The translations under genes were made by a program, and so were the position numbers. The notes beneath the pieces were generated by a model. That model was given only the letters and a program-made list of their open reading frames with translations, had not been told where the DNA came from and did not search any database. A DNA stretch of 48,138 nucleotides from Micrococcales bacterium (GTDB lineage Bacteria > Actinomycetota > Actinomycetes > S36-B12 > CAIYMF01). Within the stretch, counting starts at the first letter, position 1, and every line of letters begins with the position of its first letter. The stretch is taken from the NCBI GenBank assembly GCA_024641605.1, contig JAHECT010000001.1, forward strand, positions 1 to 48,138, given 5' to 3'. Of the stretch, positions 44,123 through 48,138 are shown one piece after another.

Positions 44123-45123
44123 GCGTGCGCCTCGTCGAGCCGGGGGTCGAGCACGACCTTGCCGGTCGTCCGGCGCGCCCTCAGGTCCGCGTGGGCGCGT
44201 CTCGCCTCCGAGAGCGGATACGTGCCGCCCACGACAGGGCGCAGCGCCCCGTCAGCCACCTGCTCCACCAGTGACCGCAGAGGTTCGGCGACCATCTCGC
44301 GGATGCGCTCGGGCCGCATGCAGTCCATGAGCCAGAACCCGGCGACGGTGTGCGAGCCGACCATGAGCGACGCCGGATGCACGTCGGCGGCCGGTTCGCG
44401 TCCGGCCATCCCGTAGGTCACGAGTCGTCCGAAGCGCCCCAGGGCCGACAGGCTGCCGTCGAACATGGCGCCGCCCACCATCTCCAGGACCACGTCCACC
44501 TTGCGGCCGCCGTTCGCGGAGACCAGGCGCTGGGCGACGTCGTGCGCGCTCATGCCGGGCTCGCCGAGGACGCCCACGTCGGCTCCCCGCTCCAGGGCGA
44601 TGTCGAGCTTCTCCTGGGTGGAGGCGGTGGCGATGACCCGGCCGGCGCCGGCCTGCTTGGCCAGCTGGACGGCCAGGTTGCCCACGCCGCCGGCCGCGGC
44701 GTGCACGACCACGGTGTCGCCGTAGCCGACCCGACCCATGGTCGTGACGAGGTGGTGCGCGGTGAGCCCCTGCACGAGGAGGGACAGCGCCTGGCCGTCC
44801 GCCACCCCGTCCGGAACCTCGAAGGCGAGCTCGGGACGGATGACGGCGCGCTCGGCGTAGCCGCCCCCGCGGCTGACGAACCCGCACATCCGTCGGTCCG
44901 CGCCGTGCGGGTCCTCGACGTAGCCGACGACCTCGGTGCCCGGGACGAACGGCAGGTCCGTCCCCGCCAGATAGGTGTTGTCCACCTGGTGGGTGTCGGC
45001 GAAGTTGACCCCGGCGCCCGTGACCTGCACGAGCAGCTCCCCGGCATGGGGGAACGGGTCGGCGAGCACTGCGGGCTCGAGCACCTCCGGACCGCCGTAG
45101 GTCCGCACCTGGATCGCTCTCAT
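44119..45123 (-). CDS. NADPH:quinone oxidoreductase (zeta-crystallin-like MDR family)
   Basis: YGGPEVL, GVNFAD, PGTE, GGYAE, HAAAGGVG and TTGKVVL. Confidence 0.93.
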   Translation of the reverse strand: MRAIQVRTYGGPEVLEPAVLADPFPHAGELLVQVTGAGVNFADTHQVDNTYLAGTDLPFVPGTEVVGYVEDPHGADRRMCGFVSRGGGYAERAVIRPELAFEVPDGVADGQALSLLVQGLTAHHLVTTMGRVGYGDTVVVHAAAGGVGNLAVQLAKQAGAGRVIATASTQEKLDIALERGADVGVLGEPGMSAHDVAQRLVSANGGRKVDVVLEMVGGAMFDGSLSALGRFGRLVTYGMAGREPAADVHPASLMVGSHTVAGFWLMDCMRPERIREMVAEPLRSLVEQVADGALRPVVGGTYPLSEARRAHADLRARRTTGKVVLDPRLDEAHA

Positions 45124-45255
45124 GGCTCGACCCTAGTGCGGCAGCGGCGTGTGGCGCGTGCGGTCGTACCCGTCGGTAACGGCTAGCGTCGCTGCGGCGC
45201 CCGAGTCGGGTGCCGGGCCGTCGATCGGCCCGTCGTCGAACCGAGGTGGACACAC

Positions 45256-45972
45256 GTGCGGGTCGTACTCGTGACCGGAGGCAACCGCGGGATCGGCCTG
45301 GCCATCGCGCGCGCCTTCGTGGCGGCGGGGGACCGGGTGGCCATCACCGCGAGGTCCGGTGAGCTCCCGCCCGAGCTTGCCGGGTCCGACGTCCTCGTGG
45401 TCGCGGCCGATGTCACCGACACGGCCTCCGTGGAGGCTGCCTTCGACCGCGTCGAGAGCGAGCTCGGCCCCGTCGAGGTCGTCGTGGCCAACGCCGGCAT
45501 CACCCGCGACACTCTCCTGCTGCGGATGAGCGACGAGGACATCGAGACCGTCCTGGACACGAACCTCGTGGGCGCCATCCGGGTGGCCCGGCGGGCCGCC
45601 AAGGGGATGCTGCGGCTGCGCCGCGGTCGGATCGTCCTGGTCTCGAGCGTCGTGGGCATGCTCGGCTCCGCGGGCCAGGTCAACTACGCCGCGTCGAAGG
45701 CCGGCCTGGTGGGGGTCGCCCGGTCGCTGGCCCGCGAGCTCGGGAGCCGCGGGGTCACGGCCAACGTCGTCGCCCCGGGCTTCGTGGACACGGATATGAC
45801 CGCGGAGCTCGACGAGGGCCGGCGCACCGAGATCCTGCGCAGCGTCCCGCTCGGACGCTACGCCTCCCCGGACGAGGTGGCGGCGGTCGTCGCCTTCCTC
45901 GCGGGGGACGGCGCGGGCTACATCACCGGCGCCGTCATCCCGGTCGACGGCGGCCTCGGCATGGGCCACTGA
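45256..45972 (+). CDS. fabG: 3-oxoacyl-ACP reductase (FabG/MabA type)
   Basis: TGGNRGIG, NAGITRD, YAASK and DGGLGMGH; paired with fabI. Confidence 0.95.
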   Translation: MRVVLVTGGNRGIGLAIARAFVAAGDRVAITARSGELPPELAGSDVLVVAADVTDTASVEAAFDRVESELGPVEVVVANAGITRDTLLLRMSDEDIETVLDTNLVGAIRVARRAAKGMLRLRRGRIVLVSSVVGMLGSAGQVNYAASKAGLVGVARSLARELGSRGVTANVVAPGFVDTDMTAELDEGRRTEILRSVPLGRYASPDEVAAVVAFLAGDGAGYITGAVIPVDGGLGMGH

Positions 45973-45994
45973 CCGGTCTAGGGAAGGAACCTGC

Positions 45995-46765
45995 ATGGGA
46001 CTGCTCGACGGCAAGCGCCTGCTCGTGACCGGCGTGCTGACCGACTCCTCGATCGCGTTCCACGTGGCGCGCCTCGCCCAGCAGGAGGGCGCCTCCGTCG
46101 TGCTGTCCTCGTTCGGCCGCGCTCTGTCGATCACGACCCGCATCGCCGGTCGGCTGCCGGCCCCCGTGCCGGTCGTCGAGCTCGACGTCACCGATCAGGG
46201 GCAGCTCGACACCCTCGCCGACCGTCTGCGCGAGCATGTCGACGGGCTCGACGGCGTCCTCCACTCGATCGGGTTCGCACCTGAGGCCGCCCTCGGTGGG
46301 AACTTCCTCAACACCGAGTGGGATGACGTCGCCACCGCTGTCCACGTCTCCGCCTTCTCCCTCAAGTCGCTGGCGATGGCCTGCCGCCCCCTCTTCGGCC
46401 CGCAAGGTGCGTCCGTCGTGGGCCTCGACTTCGATGCGACGGTGGCCTGGCCCAAGTACGACTGGATGGGCGTGGCCAAGGCAGCCTTCGAGTCCACCGC
46501 CCGCTACCTCGCGCGCGACCTCGGCCCTGAGGGCGTGCGCGTCAACCTCGTCGCCGCCGGACCCATCAAGACGATGGCGGCGAAGTCGATCCCCGGCTTC
46601 GACGAGTTCGACGCGGTGTGGTCGACGCGTGCCCCGCTGGGCTGGGACCTGAGCGATCCGGAGCCTGCCGCGCGAGCGTGCGTCGCGCTGCTGTCGGACT
46701 GGTTCCCGCGGACCACGGGGGAGATCGTCCACGTCGACGGCGGCGTGCACGCCATGGGGGCCTAG
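45995..46765 (+). CDS. fabI: Enoyl-ACP reductase (FabI/InhA type)
   Basis: VTGV.TDSSIAF, HSIGFAP, GLDFD, YDWMGVAK, AAGPI and VDGG. Confidence 0.96.
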   Translation: MGLLDGKRLLVTGVLTDSSIAFHVARLAQQEGASVVLSSFGRALSITTRIAGRLPAPVPVVELDVTDQGQLDTLADRLREHVDGLDGVLHSIGFAPEAALGGNFLNTEWDDVATAVHVSAFSLKSLAMACRPLFGPQGASVVGLDFDATVAWPKYDWMGVAKAAFESTARYLARDLGPEGVRVNLVAAGPIKTMAAKSIPGFDEFDAVWSTRAPLGWDLSDPEPAARACVALLSDWFPRTTGEIVHVDGGVHAMGA

Positions 46766-46811
46766 ACCGCCCCGGTGCGGGACGATCCACGGGCTGCGGC
46801 ATCCTGACGCC

Positions 46812-47858
46812 GTGGCCAACGAGCGGCGGGAGTACAGCGGCGTCGCTCCGCGCCCGTACGACTACCGCTCCAGCAGCGTCCGGAGGCTGCTGCTGGCGCT
46901 CGGCGCCGTCGCCGTCGTGATCGTGCTCGGGACAGTGGGCTACGTCGTCCTGGGACTCACCGTCCTCGACGCCGTCTACCAGACGGTGACGACCGTGTTC
47001 ACCGTGGGCTATCGCGAAGTCGTCCCCTTCGACACGCCTGCGGAGAAGATCTACACCGTCGTGGTCATCGTGGTCGGTGTGGGGACGGTGCTGTACACCG
47101 CGACGCTGACCCTGGAGCTGGTGCTCGAGGGTCACGTCGGCAACGCGTGGGGAAGGCGACGGATGCAGCGCGACATCGATCGGCTCGAGGGTCACGCCAT
47201 CGTGTGCGGCTGGGGCCGGGTGGGCAGGGCGGCCGCCGAGCAGCTGACCCGGGAGGGCCAGGACGTCGTCGTCATCGACGTGTCCGAGGAACGGCTTGTC
47301 GGGTGCCCCTACCCGTTCATCGCTGGGGACGCCACGAGCGACGAGCTCCTGCGCGCCGCCGGTATCGCGACCGCGCGAACGGTCGTCGCGTCCCTCGACG
47401 ACGACTCGGGAAGCGTGTACGTGGTCCTCACCGCACGCACTCTCAACCCCGACGTCCTCATCATTGCGCGCTCCCGCACCGACGACGCGGAGCCTAAGTT
47501 CCTCCGTGCGGGGGCCGACCGCGTGGTCAACCCTCAGCGACTCGGCGGCAACCGCATCGCCGCGTTCGCCGTCTCGCCGTATGTCGTGGAGTTCCTCGAC
47601 GTCGTCATGCACGAGGACGCGCTCGAGTTCCGCATGGTCGACGTGGAGGTCCGGGCCGGGTCGGTCCTCGTCGGCTCCACGATCGCCGACACCCGGGCGG
47701 CGGAGGGCGGTGCGGCGGTCCTGCTGGCCCTGCGGACCGGGGGTGTGTTCGTCACCGACCCCCAACCTGGGACGGTGCTCCAGCCCGGTGACGTGCTCAT
47801 CGCCGTCGGGACCAGCGAGCAGGTGCACGACCTCCAGCAGCGGGCCGGCCTCCTGTGA
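46812..47858 (+). CDS. Two-TM ion channel with RCK (TrkA-N/TrkA-C) domains, potassium channel family
   Basis: TM1-pore (TVFTVGYRE)-TM2, IVCGWGRVG Rossmann motif, GDAT, AGADRVVNP and a C-terminal RCK_C-like domain. Confidence 0.9.
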   Translation: MANERREYSGVAPRPYDYRSSSVRRLLLALGAVAVVIVLGTVGYVVLGLTVLDAVYQTVTTVFTVGYREVVPFDTPAEKIYTVVVIVVGVGTVLYTATLTLELVLEGHVGNAWGRRRMQRDIDRLEGHAIVCGWGRVGRAAAEQLTREGQDVVVIDVSEERLVGCPYPFIAGDATSDELLRAAGIATARTVVASLDDDSGSVYVVLTARTLNPDVLIIARSRTDDAEPKFLRAGADRVVNPQRLGGNRIAAFAVSPYVVEFLDVVMHEDALEFRMVDVEVRAGSVLVGSTIADTRAAEGGAAVLLALRTGGVFVTDPQPGTVLQPGDVLIAVGTSEQVHDLQQRAGLL

Positions 47859-48138
47859 GGCGCACCCTGGTGCTCCTGCGCCACGCCAAGTCGGCCTATC
47901 CGCCCGGGGTGGCCGACCACGACCGCCCGCTCGGTCCGCGCGGCGTTCTCGACGCGCCGGCGGCCGGCCGCTGGATCAGCGATCACGTCGGCGTCCCCGA
48001 CCACGTGGTGGTCTCGAGCGCCCGACGCGCTCGGGGCACCTGGACACTCGCCGCGGCGGCCGTCGGCTACATCGGGGCGGCGGGGTACGAGGCGGCGGGG
48101 TCCGGGCCGCTGACGATCGACCCCCGCGTCTACGACGC
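47855..48138 (+). CDS. sixA: SixA-type phosphohistidine phosphatase, truncated at the window end
   Basis: My translation from GTG 47855: MRRTLVLLRHAKSAYPPGVADHDRPLGPRG...VSSARRARGT. Not in the ORF track because no stop occurs within the window. Confidence 0.88.
   Translation, partial: MRRTLVLLRHAKSAYPPGVADHDRPLGPRGVLDAPAAGRWISDHVGVPDHVVVSSARRARGTWTLAAAAVGYIGAAGYEAAGSGPLTIDPRVYD

Overview
A gene-dense, very GC-rich window from an actinomycete chromosome, about 50 CDS, almost all conserved core genes. I found no rRNA, tRNA, CRISPR, IS or phage elements. Gene order: MBL hydrolase and a mycothiol-dependent isomerase-family gene divergent from uvrA-Rieske-uvrC-rapZ-yvcK-whiA; gap-pgk-tpiA-secG-rbpA; the pentose phosphate cluster tkt-tal-zwf-opcA-pgl; ctaB and ctaA; an ABC-2 exporter; sufR-sufB-sufD-Rieske-sufC-sufS-sufU-sufT; ABC-F, a Gbn-like nucleoid protein, a crotonase and an ABC exporter; SDR, SURF1, DUF3099, dodecin, GNAT; QOR-tldD-tldE; fabG-fabI; an RCK channel; and a partial sixA. 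The main non-core element is a four-gene cassette at 22358-25338, inserted between the ABC-2 permease and ctaA. It encodes a secreted DUF4397-like protein with a duplicated SVPAG C-terminal sorting signal, a class F sortase, a SigK-like ECF sigma factor and a zinc-binding RskA-like anti-sigma, and it is preceded by a SigK-type promoter (GCATCC-N16-CCGAA). This looks like a self-regulated sense-and-display cell-wall anchoring module. Other regulatory signals visible in the sequence: a PafBC/RecA-NDp-like promoter at uvrA, a SufR box (CAAC-N6-GTTG), many leaderless promoters, and a TAC-N6-GTA palindrome upstream of both gap and fabG. All family calls come from motif recognition and remembered synteny; no database search was run.
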